Shown here: in pieces, positions 9,707 to 19,119 of the stretch
How the letters are laid out: each line of letters begins with the position of its first letter
Position numbering within the stretch: position 1 is the stretch's first letter
Source: an uncultured Holophaga sp.
GTDB lineage: Bacteria > Acidobacteriota > Holophagae > Holophagales > Holophagaceae
Assembly: GCA_963664825.1 (NCBI GenBank)
Contig: OY761614.1
Coordinates: 1,952,001 to 2,016,000 of the forward strand
DNA length: 64,000 bases
Direction: 5' to 3'
Made by a program: the position numbers and the translations under genes
Notes under the pieces: model-generated
What the model was told of the DNA's origin: nothing
What the model saw: only the letters and a program-made list of their open reading frames with translations
The model's database searches: none

Positions 9707-10212
9707 TTCCTGGTTTTCCTGGCCGTGGAAAGATCAGGGGGGAAGGGGCTGGGCCCGGCCTTGACGAAGTGGGTCTGCAGCACGATGGCCGTGCGCGTGC
9801 TCACCTGCTCGCCCAGGCTGCGGATGCGCCTCAGGCGGTCGTGGAGGCCCATAGGCGTATCGGCCACCAGCTTGAGCAGCAGGCAGTCCTCCCCGGCCAT
9901 GGAATAGGCTTCCAGCACATCGGGTTCATTGCGCAGGACCTCCAGGAAGGCGGCCTCCAGGGCGTCATCATCGCCGTGGCGATGGCGCACGGACACGAAG
10001 GCCACATTGGGTTTCTGCACGGCGGCAGGGCTCACCCGCGCACTGTATCCGGAAATGACCCCATCGGCCTCCAGGCGCTTCACCCGCTCGATGATGGTGG
10101 GGCGGCTGACGCCCAGGCGCTCGGCCAGTTCCGCGTGGCTGACGCGCCCCTCCTCCTGGAGGAGCGCCACCAGGCGTCGGTTGAGTTCATCGGACATGAG
10201 GGGTTTGGACAT
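9703..10212 (-). CDS. Lrp/AsnC family transcriptional regulator
   Basis: LQEEGRVSHAELAERLGVSRPTIIERVKRLEADGVISGY; MAGEDCLLLK. Confidence 0.92.
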   Translation of the reverse strand: MSKPLMSDELNRRLVALLQEEGRVSHAELAERLGVSRPTIIERVKRLEADGVISGYSARVSPAAVQKPNVAFVSVRHRHGDDDALEAAFLEVLRNEPDVLEAYSMAGEDCLLLKLVADTPMGLHDRLRRIRSLGEQVSTRTAIVLQTHFVKAGPSPFPPDLSTARKTRK

Positions 10213-10353
10213 GGGAAATACCTGGGAAGAGTGCGCTGAAGAGGCCATCTTCTCATGAGGAAGTCGGATTCGTTTGACGGTACGGAAAGTATTTGGCGAG
10301 TCGCCATCTTCTGCGCCTTCCAGGCTCCGATACACTGACTTCGAGGATCTCCC

Positions 10354-11190
10354 ATGGACTACGCGCGACCGTTCACCGATCAGAGTTTCTTTCTCATTGC
10401 GGGTCCCTGCGTCATCGAGAGCCGGGAGCACACGCACTTCCTGGCCTCCCAGCTTCGCGACTTGGCCGATGCCAGGGGCATCCCCTTCATCTTCAAGGCC
10501 AGCTTCGACAAGGCCAACCGCACCTCCCTGGGCAGCTACCGGGGCATCTCCATGGAAGAGGGCCTGGAGATTCTCGCGGAGGTGCGCCAGAAGCTGGGCA
10601 TCCCCGTGCTGACCGATGTCCACGAATCAGCCCAATGCGCCCAGGTGGCCCAGGCCGTCGATATCCTGCAGATCCCGGCCTTCCTCTGTCGCCAGACCGA
10701 TCTGCTGCTGGCAGCCGCCGCCACGGGGCGACCCGTGAATGTGAAGAAGGGCCAGTTCCTGGCCCCCTGGGATATGAAGAACGCCGTGGAGAAACTGCGC
10801 AGCGTGGAGGGTGCCGGTCCCGTGTGGGTCACGGAGCGGGGGGCCTCCTTCGGATACGGCCAGCTGGTGGTGGATTTCCAAAGCTTCCCGCATCTCCGCC
10901 GCACGGGGGCTCCCGTGATCTTTGACGCCACCCATAGCGTGCAGAAGCCCGGCGCCCTGGGCAACGCCACGGGAGGCGCCCGGGAGATGATCCCGACCCT
11001 GGCCCGGGCCGCGGCCACCTCCGTGGACGGATTCTTCTTCGAGGTCCACGAATGCCCCGAGAAGGCCCTCAGCGATGGGCCCAACGCGTTCTATCTCGAT
11101 CGCTTCGGGGACATGCTGGATCAGCTCCTGGCCATCTGGCGCGCCAGCCGCGGGGCTGCCCTGGGGGATCCTGCGGGCAGGACGCTCTGA
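10354..11190 (+). CDS. kdsA: 3-deoxy-8-phosphooctulonate (KDO8P) synthase
   Basis: [53 protein letters not shown]. Confidence 0.96.
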   Translation: MDYARPFTDQSFFLIAGPCVIESREHTHFLASQLRDLADARGIPFIFKASFDKANRTSLGSYRGISMEEGLEILAEVRQKLGIPVLTDVHESAQCAQVAQAVDILQIPAFLCRQTDLLLAAAATGRPVNVKKGQFLAPWDMKNAVEKLRSVEGAGPVWVTERGASFGYGQLVVDFQSFPHLRRTGAPVIFDATHSVQKPGALGNATGGAREMIPTLARAAATSVDGFFFEVHECPEKALSDGPNAFYLDRFGDMLDQLLAIWRASRGAALGDPAGRTL

Positions 11191-11269
11191 AGCACCTGGA
11201 GAAGACGACGCCCCTGAAGGCGATCTTCCTGGCAAGTGCCTTGCTGACCTGCGGATTCACGGCGGAGGC

Positions 11270-11767
11270 CTATCTCGGAGGCGGGAATCCGCATCCCTGA
11301 TCCGCAGCGCGTCTTCCCGCCGTGTCCCGGCCGACGCAAAGCGAAGAGGTTCTGTATCGGAAACGGCCAGGGAACGGAGGCCTCTCCTTCGGAGCGACCT
11401 CGAGCGTGATGTTCATGCCGACGGGAATCAAAAGACCGGTGCCCAAGGCCTGGACGATGCGCCCCGCAAGCAGGATCTGGAAATTCTGCGCGAGAGCTCC
11501 GATCAAGCTCCCGACGATGAGAAGGCCTACGGAAGAAAGAAAGAGCTTCCGGGTGGAAATGCTCCGGTAGGCGAAGGAGGATACGGGAACCATGACGGCG
11601 GCTCCCAGCATGTAGGCCGTGGCCAGCCACTGGACCGTCGAGACGGACACGCCCAGATCGCTCATGATCGGTGAGAATCCGATGTTGAGAAACGTTTCGT
11701 TGAAGGTGGCCAGGAATGCCGCAAAAGCTGCGACGGCTATTGTCCATTTCGGGTTTCGGGATTGCAT
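11270..11767 (-). pseudogene. Truncated DHA2-type (LmrB-like) MFS transporter
   Basis: FLATFNETFLN, TVQWLATAYML, GRIVQALGTG cover only ~4 TM helices; resemblance ends near 11385 and the ORF continues as unrelated sequence. Confidence 0.75.
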
Positions 11768-12248
11768 GGATAGACCTTTACTCGCGCAAGACGCATACAC
11801 AGACGCTCTCCGATGGCGGTGGATCCAGCGATCTCACCAAACGGGTCGCCCGTATTGGGTTATGAAACCGGATCGATGCGCATCCGCCGCGCCTAGTGCA
11901 TGCACAAGCAAGGCAGAGATTACGGATCGAACCAATTCGTCAGGAGACTGAAATCATCCGAATGGCCGGTGGCCCATTCAGGTAGCGCCGCGCCCGCTTC
12001 ACCCGCATTTGGCGGCGACCACGCGAAGATTTGCGGTTGTATTGCAAAGCGTCAACTCTTCTTGGATATCTGATTTCGGTGACCCATCCGCCATGGCTGG
12101 GAGTAGCCTTCGCTGAATGCCGGCTGCTCATCGCTCCGCACATAACACTTGCGGAAATGGTATCACGATCGGGGCGAAAACGGCCTCACTCCTAGGGGTT
12201 CCGATGATCCGTCCGGGACGAGAGAGACTGAGAACAGCGTTCCCGTTT

Positions 12249-13271
12249 TCACTTCCGCCTGTAGGCTTTCAGCGCCTTCTCCAGGCGCTCCAGGATCTCC
12301 TTCCTCAGCCATGCGGGTTCCAGCACCTCGGCAGCCTCGCCGAACTGGAGGATCCAGCGGCTGGCGCCATTGGGATGGGTGGCCTGGAAGCGGGCTTCCA
12401 GGCTCTGGCCATTCTTGGCGATGCGGGCCTGGAAATCGGGCAGGGCGGGGGGGGCCTCCTTGAGGGCTTGCACCCAGTGGGCGCCCTCGATGCGGAGCAC
12501 CACCTCGAAGGGCTCCTCGTCACGGGTCCAGCCGCCGATCTGGAAGCGGGCCGCGGCTTCCATGGGAGCCGCCTCCGGCACCTTCGCCTTGACCCCCACC
12601 TTCACGGGGCCGATGCGGTTGAGGCGCAGATGGATGGGCTTCCGCCGCACAGGATCCCAGGCCAGCAGGAAGGTGCCCCCCGAATAGAGATCGTGGGTGA
12701 GGGCATAGGGCAGCACCCGGTGGGGCGTGGGCGCCTTGGCTCCCGCGGCCTGGTATTCGACGATCAGTTCCCGTTCCTCCTGGAGGCCTCGGAGGATGGG
12801 CTCCAGCACCTCCGAGCCCTCGATGGGATCCTCCACGCCGCCTTGGACGCGCACGGCCTTGGCCAGCGCCTCGAAGAGGGCGCGGTCTCGGGTGGACATG
12901 TGGGCGCTGGCCAGGCCCTCCAGGGCCTCCAGCTTGTCCTGCCAGAGGAGCGTGCCGCTCTGGGCCAGGGTGAGGGTGGCCAGCCTCAGGGCCAGACGGG
13001 CGTCCCCGGTCACATGCTCGTCCCAGCTCGGGCCCTTGGCGACCCTGAAGTGCAGCACCGATGGGCGTCCCTCCCGGCTGCGATCGAGCCGGGCACCCTG
13101 AGCCTCCAGCAGGCCGAGGGCCCGATCCACGGTGCGTGTGCTGACGCCCCCGAGCCTGCGGGCGAGCTGGAGCTTGGTGACGCCCTTGGCACCAGCCTCC
13201 CGGAGCAGGGTCAGGGTTCTGCGCAGACGCTCGGCGTCCACAAGCCCTTCGGTGCGGATTTCGACCGCCAT
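12249..13271 (-). CDS. WYL-domain transcriptional regulator (wHTH-WYL-WCX)
   Basis: N-terminal HTH (LARRLGGVSTRTVDRAL); WYL core (YQ...HRVLPYAL...FLLAWD...LRLNRI); WCX tail WILQFGEAAEVLEPAWLR; GGAGG RBS. Confidence 0.9.
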   Translation of the reverse strand: MAVEIRTEGLVDAERLRRTLTLLREAGAKGVTKLQLARRLGGVSTRTVDRALGLLEAQGARLDRSREGRPSVLHFRVAKGPSWDEHVTGDARLALRLATLTLAQSGTLLWQDKLEALEGLASAHMSTRDRALFEALAKAVRVQGGVEDPIEGSEVLEPILRGLQEERELIVEYQAAGAKAPTPHRVLPYALTHDLYSGGTFLLAWDPVRRKPIHLRLNRIGPVKVGVKAKVPEAAPMEAAARFQIGGWTRDEEPFEVVLRIEGAHWVQALKEAPPALPDFQARIAKNGQSLEARFQATHPNGASRWILQFGEAAEVLEPAWLRKEILERLEKALKAYRRK

Positions 13272-13307
13272 GATGCCTCCAAATTTTTGGGATGATGAGG
13301 CAGAGTG

Positions 13308-13331
13308 GCTGGTATGGACACAGGATGTCAA
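13308..13331 (-). promoter_or_regulatory. Putative WYL gene -35 (TTGACA) embedded in palindrome TTGACA-N5-TGTCCA
   Basis: Plus strand TGGACA CAGGA TGTCAA at 13315-13331. Confidence 0.5.
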
Positions 13332-13416
13332 TGGAGGGATGCGGAAAAAAGAGAGGGAGCGGATTGCACCTTGCCTCACAAGGCGATGCAAGGTGCAATG
13401 GAAGGTGGAGGACTCC

Positions 13417-16400
13417 ATGCGTCATCTGTCCTATGCCCTTCTCGCGACCCTGGCCCTGCCTGGGGCTGCCCAGGTACCCGGGATCTCCAATCCGGGTTTC
13501 GAGGAATGGGCCCAGGGGCAGGCCGCGGGCTGGACGGCCACACTCGCACCGGGGGCCAAACTCTCGGCGAGTGGCCTCTTCAAGGCCGAGGGCGCTTCGG
13601 CCCTGAGGCTGGAACATCCCTCGGAAGGCGCGTCCTCCTTTGTCCTGAGTGCCCCCCTGAGGCTTCAGGTGGGCCAGCTCTACCGCCTCAGTGGATGGAT
13701 CAAGGCCCAGGGCGTGAAGACGGATCCGACGGCCCGCTACCCCACGGCCCTGGGCGCCTGCCTGTCCATGGCCAGCTTCCCCTTCACCAATGCCTCGCCC
13801 ACGGTGGCCGGCGATGGGGCTCGTCGCGTCTCCGTCACGTTTTTCGCCACCACCGCCACGGATCGTGTGCGCCTGGATCTGGGCCGCAATGGCCGGGCTT
13901 CGGGCAGCGCCTGGTTCGACGATGTGAAGCTGGAGAAGGTGGACGATATCACCGCCCACATTCCCCTGGAGACCGTGCGCTGGTCGGGCAGGGGCTTCCG
14001 CTACGAGGAGGGCGGCTGGGCCTTCGTGCACGTCGAAGGCGAACCCTATCCCCGGGGCCGCCAGTACGGTGAGCTGGTGGCCTCGGATCTGGCCCGCTTC
14101 ATGGACAAGACCGCCATCCAGAAGAATGCCCAGGATCCCGCCAAGGGCTGGGCCCAGGTGCGTCAGATGGCCGATGCCCTCTTCCTGCGCAAGTACGACC
14201 TGGAATACCTGGAGGAGATGAAGGGCATCGCCGATGGCGCCAACAAGGGCGGCGCGCGCTTCAAGGGCCGGGAACTGGATCTGCTCGATATCGTGAGCCT
14301 CAATTCCCTGGTGGACCTGGATTACGTGGACGGCGCCTCCCGGGTGACGGCCACGCCCCTCTCCGGTCGCAACTTCCTGAAGGCCGAAGAAGAGGCCGAG
14401 CGGGCCGGGAAGGGAGACCACTGCTCCTCCTTCGTGGCCACCAAGAGCGCCACCAAGGATGGCCGCTTCGTCATGGGCCAGATGTTCATGTGGGGCGGCT
14501 ACACGGGCGTGCAGTGGAACCTCATCGTGGATGTGATGCCCACCAAGGGTCATCGCCTCGTCTATCAGACCTTCCCGGGCGGCCTGCATTCGGCCACGGA
14601 CTGGTACCTGAACGGCGCGGGCCTGGTCATCGGGGAGACCACCGTGGGCCAGACCCCCTTCAATCCCGACGGGCTTCCCCAGAGCAATCGCATCCGCAAG
14701 GCCGTCCAGTACGCCTCCAGCATCGATGAATTCGTGAAGATCTTCAGCGCGAAGAACAATGGCCTCTACACCAACGACTGGACCCTGGCCGATACCAAGA
14801 GCGACGAGGGCGCCTGTCTGCTGCTGGGCACGAAGGCCTCCAGGCTCTGGCGCACGGGCTGCAAAGGCCACGCCGCCGATACGCCGGGGAACCTGAAGGA
14901 CTTCATCTGGGCCAATAACAACAATCGGGATCTGGCCGTGCGGAAGGAGTACGTGGCCAATGCCGAGAACACGCCCGTGGATCTGGCCTTCAATACCTGG
15001 AACCGGGATATCAGCTTCTGGAACTGGTTCCAGGAGAAGAAGGGCGCCATCGACCTCCAAGAGGCCATCCGCTATTGGGCCACCAGCCCCGTGCAGCGGC
15101 CCCACGCCTGTGATGGCAAGCTCACCACTTCCGAGATGGCCGAAAAGCTCATGTTCATCGCCCATCAGGGCAAGACGACCCTGCGGGAAAAATGGGTGGG
15201 TGGCCGCTACATCCCCGATCTGCCGGGCGCCGCGCCGCACCTCACCTATGGGTACACCACCTTCAGCCCCATCTTCGTGGCCGAGAAGCTGGAGGCCGCT
15301 CGGGACCGGGTGAAGCCAGAGGCGCCGCCCAGCCCCGAAAAGCGCGATCTCGCCAAGACCAAGGAGGCCGTGTCCTTTGACAGGAAACTGCTCTGGATCA
15401 ATACGGTCTTTCCCGCCACGGACGGGGAGAATTGGCTTTCCAGCGGGGACGCGGCCTATCACGCCCTGCTGCGGCATCTGCCCGAGGATCCTTCCAAGGC
15501 CTTCCTGGCCCAGCGCGAGGCCCTGTCCGAGTTGAACGCGCGCTACCTCTTCCTGGCCGCCCGGGAAAAGGAGGAGGCGCCTTTGAAGACCCAGACGGCC
15601 TATGACCGCTACGGCGCCTACCAGATGCCCCGCATCAAGGGCACCTTCGCCCTGCATCAGATGCGCCTCTGGCTGGGCAATGCCCTCTTCGCCAAGGCGA
15701 TGACTGAGGTCCATGAAGCCTACGCGAATAAACCGGTCCGCACGGGGGATTTCCTGCAGGCCGCCTCCCGCGCCGCGGGCCGCGATCTGAAACCCCTGCT
15801 CCTGCCCTGGCTGGAGCGGGTGGGCCTGCCGGATCCTGCCATCGAGGCCCGCGCTTCGAAGACCGACGTTGGTTTCGAGGTGACCCTCAAGGTGCGCCAG
15901 AAGGGCCCCTTCTATCCATTCGTCTCCATGGTCGAGATCCTGACCGCCAAGGGCAGCACCCTGGAGCGCGTGGAAGTGACGGCCCCGGAAGCGGCCTTCA
16001 CGTTCAAATGCGCCGAGCCGCCCACGCGCCTGGTCTTCAACGCGGGCAATGATATCCCCGTGGCCTCGGCCCTGCCCGCCGCCCTGCCCAATCTGCTGGA
16101 CGAATGGGAGAGGCTCCTCTTCGTGCCCGGCACCTCCCACCAGATCGAGGCGAACCGCAGCCTCCTGACCAATTTCAGGGACCAGGTGGCCGATACCTTC
16201 ACGGAGGTGCTGCCTGAGATCAAGCCCGACGCCGAGGTGACCGAGCAGGATCTGAAGGACCGGGATCTGGTGCTCTTCGGGGGCATCGAAGAAAACGCCC
16301 TGCTGGCGAGGCTTGCGGAAGAGGGCAAGCTTCCCGTGGCATTCGGCAGGGGATTCTTCCGTTTCCAGGGCCGCACCTACGCGGGTCCCGATGAGGGCGT

Positions 16401-16593
16401 GGCCTTCGCCATCCCCAGCCCCTGGAACCCCCGGCGCATGCTCTACGTCTACAGCGCCAACACCCGCCTCCAACTCTGGCAGATGACCAAGGCCTACCAG
16501 CGCGGCCTGCCCGGATGGGCCATCTGGAAGGGCGCCGAAGTGGTCTCCAAGGGCTTCCACGGAAGCGCCGGGTTGAGCGTGAGCTTCGAGTAA
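13417..16593 (+). CDS. Secreted multidomain protein: CBM-like N-terminus, C45-type Ntn-hydrolase, M1-aminopeptidase-like C-terminal region
   Basis: Signal peptide; NPGFEEW...WFDDVKLE (CBM4/9-like); YLEEMKGIADG and GDH/CSSFVAT (C45 nucleophile Cys); KGTFALHQMRLWLG..F..W (M1-like helical region). Confidence 0.75.
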   Translation: MRHLSYALLATLALPGAAQVPGISNPGFEEWAQGQAAGWTATLAPGAKLSASGLFKAEGASALRLEHPSEGASSFVLSAPLRLQVGQLYRLSGWIKAQGVKTDPTARYPTALGACLSMASFPFTNASPTVAGDGARRVSVTFFATTATDRVRLDLGRNGRASGSAWFDDVKLEKVDDITAHIPLETVRWSGRGFRYEEGGWAFVHVEGEPYPRGRQYGELVASDLARFMDKTAIQKNAQDPAKGWAQVRQMADALFLRKYDLEYLEEMKGIADGANKGGARFKGRELDLLDIVSLNSLVDLDYVDGASRVTATPLSGRNFLKAEEEAERAGKGDHCSSFVATKSATKDGRFVMGQMFMWGGYTGVQWNLIVDVMPTKGHRLVYQTFPGGLHSATDWYLNGAGLVIGETTVGQTPFNPDGLPQSNRIRKAVQYASSIDEFVKIFSAKNNGLYTNDWTLADTKSDEGACLLLGTKASRLWRTGCKGHAADTPGNLKDFIWANNNNRDLAVRKEYVANAENTPVDLAFNTWNRDISFWNWFQEKKGAIDLQEAIRYWATSPVQRPHACDGKLTTSEMAEKLMFIAHQGKTTLREKWVGGRYIPDLPGAAPHLTYGYTTFSPIFVAEKLEAARDRVKPEAPPSPEKRDLAKTKEAVSFDRKLLWINTVFPATDGENWLSSGDAAYHALLRHLPEDPSKAFLAQREALSELNARYLFLAAREKEEAPLKTQTAYDRYGAYQMPRIKGTFALHQMRLWLGNALFAKAMTEVHEAYANKPVRTGDFLQAASRAAGRDLKPLLLPWLERVGLPDPAIEARASKTDVGFEVTLKVRQKGPFYPFVSMVEILTAKGSTLERVEVTAPEAAFTFKCAEPPTRLVFNAGNDIPVASALPAALPNLLDEWERLLFVPGTSHQIEANRSLLTNFRDQVADTFTEVLPEIKPDAEVTEQDLKDRDLVLFGGIEENALLARLAEEGKLPVAFGRGFFRFQGRTYAGPDEGVAFAIPSPWNPRRMLYVYSANTRLQLWQMTKAYQRGLPGWAIWKGAEVVSKGFHGSAGLSVSFE

Positions 16594-16677
16594 GGGAATG
16601 CGAGGGGCTCGCGATTTAATGAATGGCGTTTGACAATTCTGCGGGGGGGGACGATGTATTACCGTTAGGAGCTTCCT

Positions 16678-16905
16678 CTGAAGCGAATCATAATTTTCTG
16701 TTCTGCTGTGGCTGTTTCTTCGTTGATGTTCCCGGCCATGGCGGCGACCTGCGAGGTCAGGCCCATCGTGGCAGCAGATACAGGCAACGTGATTGGATGG
16801 GCTGCCACGGGGAACAAGGGCACTATTGTGGTCCAGGATCGAGCCAACGCCGGGGCCGCATGCACAAAAGTGACCGAGAAACCTCGTTCCGATGATCGGA
16901 CTTAA
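16678..16905 (+). CDS. Small secreted protein (75 aa, CTG start)
   Basis: AGGAG RBS 6 nt before in-frame CTG; MKRIIIFCSAVAVSSLMFPAMA/ATCEV... signal peptide; two Cys in mature part. Confidence 0.6.
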   Translation: MKRIIIFCSAVAVSSLMFPAMAATCEVRPIVAADTGNVIGWAATGNKGTIVVQDRANAGAACTKVTEKPRSDDRT

Positions 16906-16939
16906 TCAACGCAGTTGGGCCGACTAAAAAGGTGCTGTC

Positions 16940-18190
16940 GTGAATCATGCCTTTCGCAGCCTGAAGTTGCTTTCCCAGATGATCTTGATCATGGGATGCG
17001 TAATGCCGTGTCCTGCTCAGTATCAGGGCATGCTCCAGTCCAGTGTCCAATGGGAGGCGGGGCACCTTGTGGTACCGGGGAGTGAAGGCTCACGGAAAAT
17101 CCTCGTGCTCGACAAGGGATTTCGGGTTTCTCAAACGATTTCCTACCCGCTAGGCGTCTCGACGTTCCCCGATTCCGCGATGGCCTTTTTCCACAAGGGG
17201 GAGCCTTGGGTGTTTTGCCATCAGCGCATCGTGAATCCGAAGGGGGATCATGTTCTCGACCATCTGTACCGGTACCAGGATGGCCAGTGGAAGCAGGAGG
17301 GCAGCCACGAGGAGGAGGCCTTCCATCATGGGTTCGACGCCATTGTGCCGCTAGAAAATGGGCGTTTCTTTGGTGTTCGTATCGCCCAGATCAGGCGCTC
17401 CAAAGGGCTCGAATGCCCGTTCTACATCCTGAAAGCCGATGCTGAGGGGAAACTCCAGACGGTAGGGGAGGCAGATGGCGGCATTCCTCCCAAGCTCTTC
17501 GATGCCCCAGGCCTGCCCCGCGGGTATCAGGTCATTCGGACCGGCGCCTTCTTTCTCCTGGTGGACCCCCACCCGGGCTGGATCTGGGTATATTCGCTGG
17601 AGAACGGGAATCTCAAGCGTCTGGTCCGTGTTTACGAGGAACTGGACGAGAAGAGGATTCAGAAGAACGATTTCAGCTCTGTGGTCATTGGAGCTCAGGC
17701 GATGGAGGATGACACGCTCCTGCTGGCGGTGCATCCCGCCTCCAGTGCCCTTTCTGACGATTATGCCCGGCGGATGGAGGCGGGCCTGCAGGGTGGAGCC
17801 AAACTGGTTCTTGGGGCGGAGAATTCCTTTCCGAACGGAGAACCTTCCCCCGAGCAAGGGAACATGGAGATGGTGGATTGGGCCTGGAAGCACCACCCCG
17901 AGGTCCGTTGGGTGAACCTTGATCCAGCCACTGGGAAAATGCGGGAACTGGACCCCCCGCCCGAAGGAGCTCGCACCCGGATCGAATCCATGGTGGAAGG
18001 CATTACCTTCAATTGGATGCCTGTCTGGGATGGCCGGGTCGAATTCAGGTCCCTGGAGACACTCCTCGCCGAAGGTGAGCGCGCCATCGCCGCTGAACGG
18101 GAAGCGAAAAGGACGAAGGATAAGGGGAACAAAAAAAAAGAGCAGCAACGGCCAAGTCCAACCGATGTTCCGGCAACTGGGAGAAAATGA
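16940..18190 (+). CDS. Secreted hypothetical protein, possibly beta-propeller
   Basis: 416-aa ORF with N-terminal hydrophobic segment and repeated short beta-strand motifs (LLVDPHPGWIWVYSLENGNL). Confidence 0.65.
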   Translation: MNHAFRSLKLLSQMILIMGCVMPCPAQYQGMLQSSVQWEAGHLVVPGSEGSRKILVLDKGFRVSQTISYPLGVSTFPDSAMAFFHKGEPWVFCHQRIVNPKGDHVLDHLYRYQDGQWKQEGSHEEEAFHHGFDAIVPLENGRFFGVRIAQIRRSKGLECPFYILKADAEGKLQTVGEADGGIPPKLFDAPGLPRGYQVIRTGAFFLLVDPHPGWIWVYSLENGNLKRLVRVYEELDEKRIQKNDFSSVVIGAQAMEDDTLLLAVHPASSALSDDYARRMEAGLQGGAKLVLGAENSFPNGEPSPEQGNMEMVDWAWKHHPEVRWVNLDPATGKMRELDPPPEGARTRIESMVEGITFNWMPVWDGRVEFRSLETLLAEGERAIAAEREAKRTKDKGNKKKEQQRPSPTDVPATGRK

Positions 18191-18411
18191 CCGTCGCCCC
18201 GACGACTGGAACGAAGGGGCCTGCGCAGTAGGCGCATTTCGAGCCGTGATGCTCATGGGAATGTAAATTAGAGATCAAGGGAAGGTCATCGGGAACTGAG
18301 TCAGGAAGCCTCCCGGGTGAGGAGGGTGGAAACATCCCCCAACATGGGGTCGCTCGATTCCCCTCTTGAAGCCCGGCCCCCTTCCGTGGCCTTCTGGAGG
18401 GAGGTGCCGCG

Positions 18412-19098
18412 ATGCCCCAGGCCCAAAAAACGATCCTCCAGACGCGCTCCCTGCGGGAGCAGGTCTATGACTATCTGCGCGGGGAGATGGCCAGCGGCGG
18501 GATGCAGCCGGGCTCCTTCCTGGACCTCAACGCCCTGGCCCTGCATCTGGGCATCAGTCGCACGCCCCTGCGGGATGCCCTGCTCCAGCTGGAGGTCGAA
18601 GGCTTCGTGGAGATCCTGCCCCGGCGGGGTTTCCGGTTGAAGCCTCTGGGTCTCGACGAGATCCGCAATATCTACCAGATCGTGGGGGCCCTGGAATCCG
18701 CTGCCCTGGCCACGGCGGGGCCCCGGCTGGGGAAGGCTGGGTTCGCGTCCATGAAGGCCGAGAATAAGGCCATGAGCCAGGCCATCCGGGCCGATGACTA
18801 CGAGGCCTTCTTCGCCCATAATCTCGCCTTCCACGGGATCTTCCTGGAGGCCAGCGGGAACCCGCGCATGGCTTCCCTGGTGCATTCACTGAAACAGCGT
18901 CTCTACGATTGGCCGCGCCGCAAGGTCTTCCTGAAGAGCTGGGAGGCCCGCTCGATCGAGGAACATGCCCGCCTCCTGGCGCTGATGGAGAAGGGGAAGT
19001 TCGAGGAGGCCGCGGCCTACCACCGGGATGTGCACTGGTCCTTCGAGGTGCAGGAGCCCTTCGTGCGGGTGTATTACCTGACGGACCGGGCCGAGTGA
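18412..19098 (+). CDS. GntR family regulator (FCD domain)
   Basis: SLREQVYDYLR, LGISRTPLRDALLQLEVEG, NLAFHGIFLEASGNPR, EEH. Confidence 0.93.
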   Translation: MPQAQKTILQTRSLREQVYDYLRGEMASGGMQPGSFLDLNALALHLGISRTPLRDALLQLEVEGFVEILPRRGFRLKPLGLDEIRNIYQIVGALESAALATAGPRLGKAGFASMKAENKAMSQAIRADDYEAFFAHNLAFHGIFLEASGNPRMASLVHSLKQRLYDWPRRKVFLKSWEARSIEEHARLLALMEKGKFEEAAAYHRDVHWSFEVQEPFVRVYYLTDRAE

Positions 19099-19119
19099 AG
19101 GGGAGCCTCCACTCAGGAT

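Noticed and set aside
11940..12143. 67-aa basic ORF, or ZTP-riboswitch-like sequence, upstream of the MFS fragment
   Set aside because: No RBS or recognisable domain; ZTP consensus elements not matched
12520..16560. 1346-aa minus-strand ORF
   Set aside because: Antisense shadow of the C45-type gene and off-frame overlap of the WYL gene; no motifs; typical of high-GC DNA
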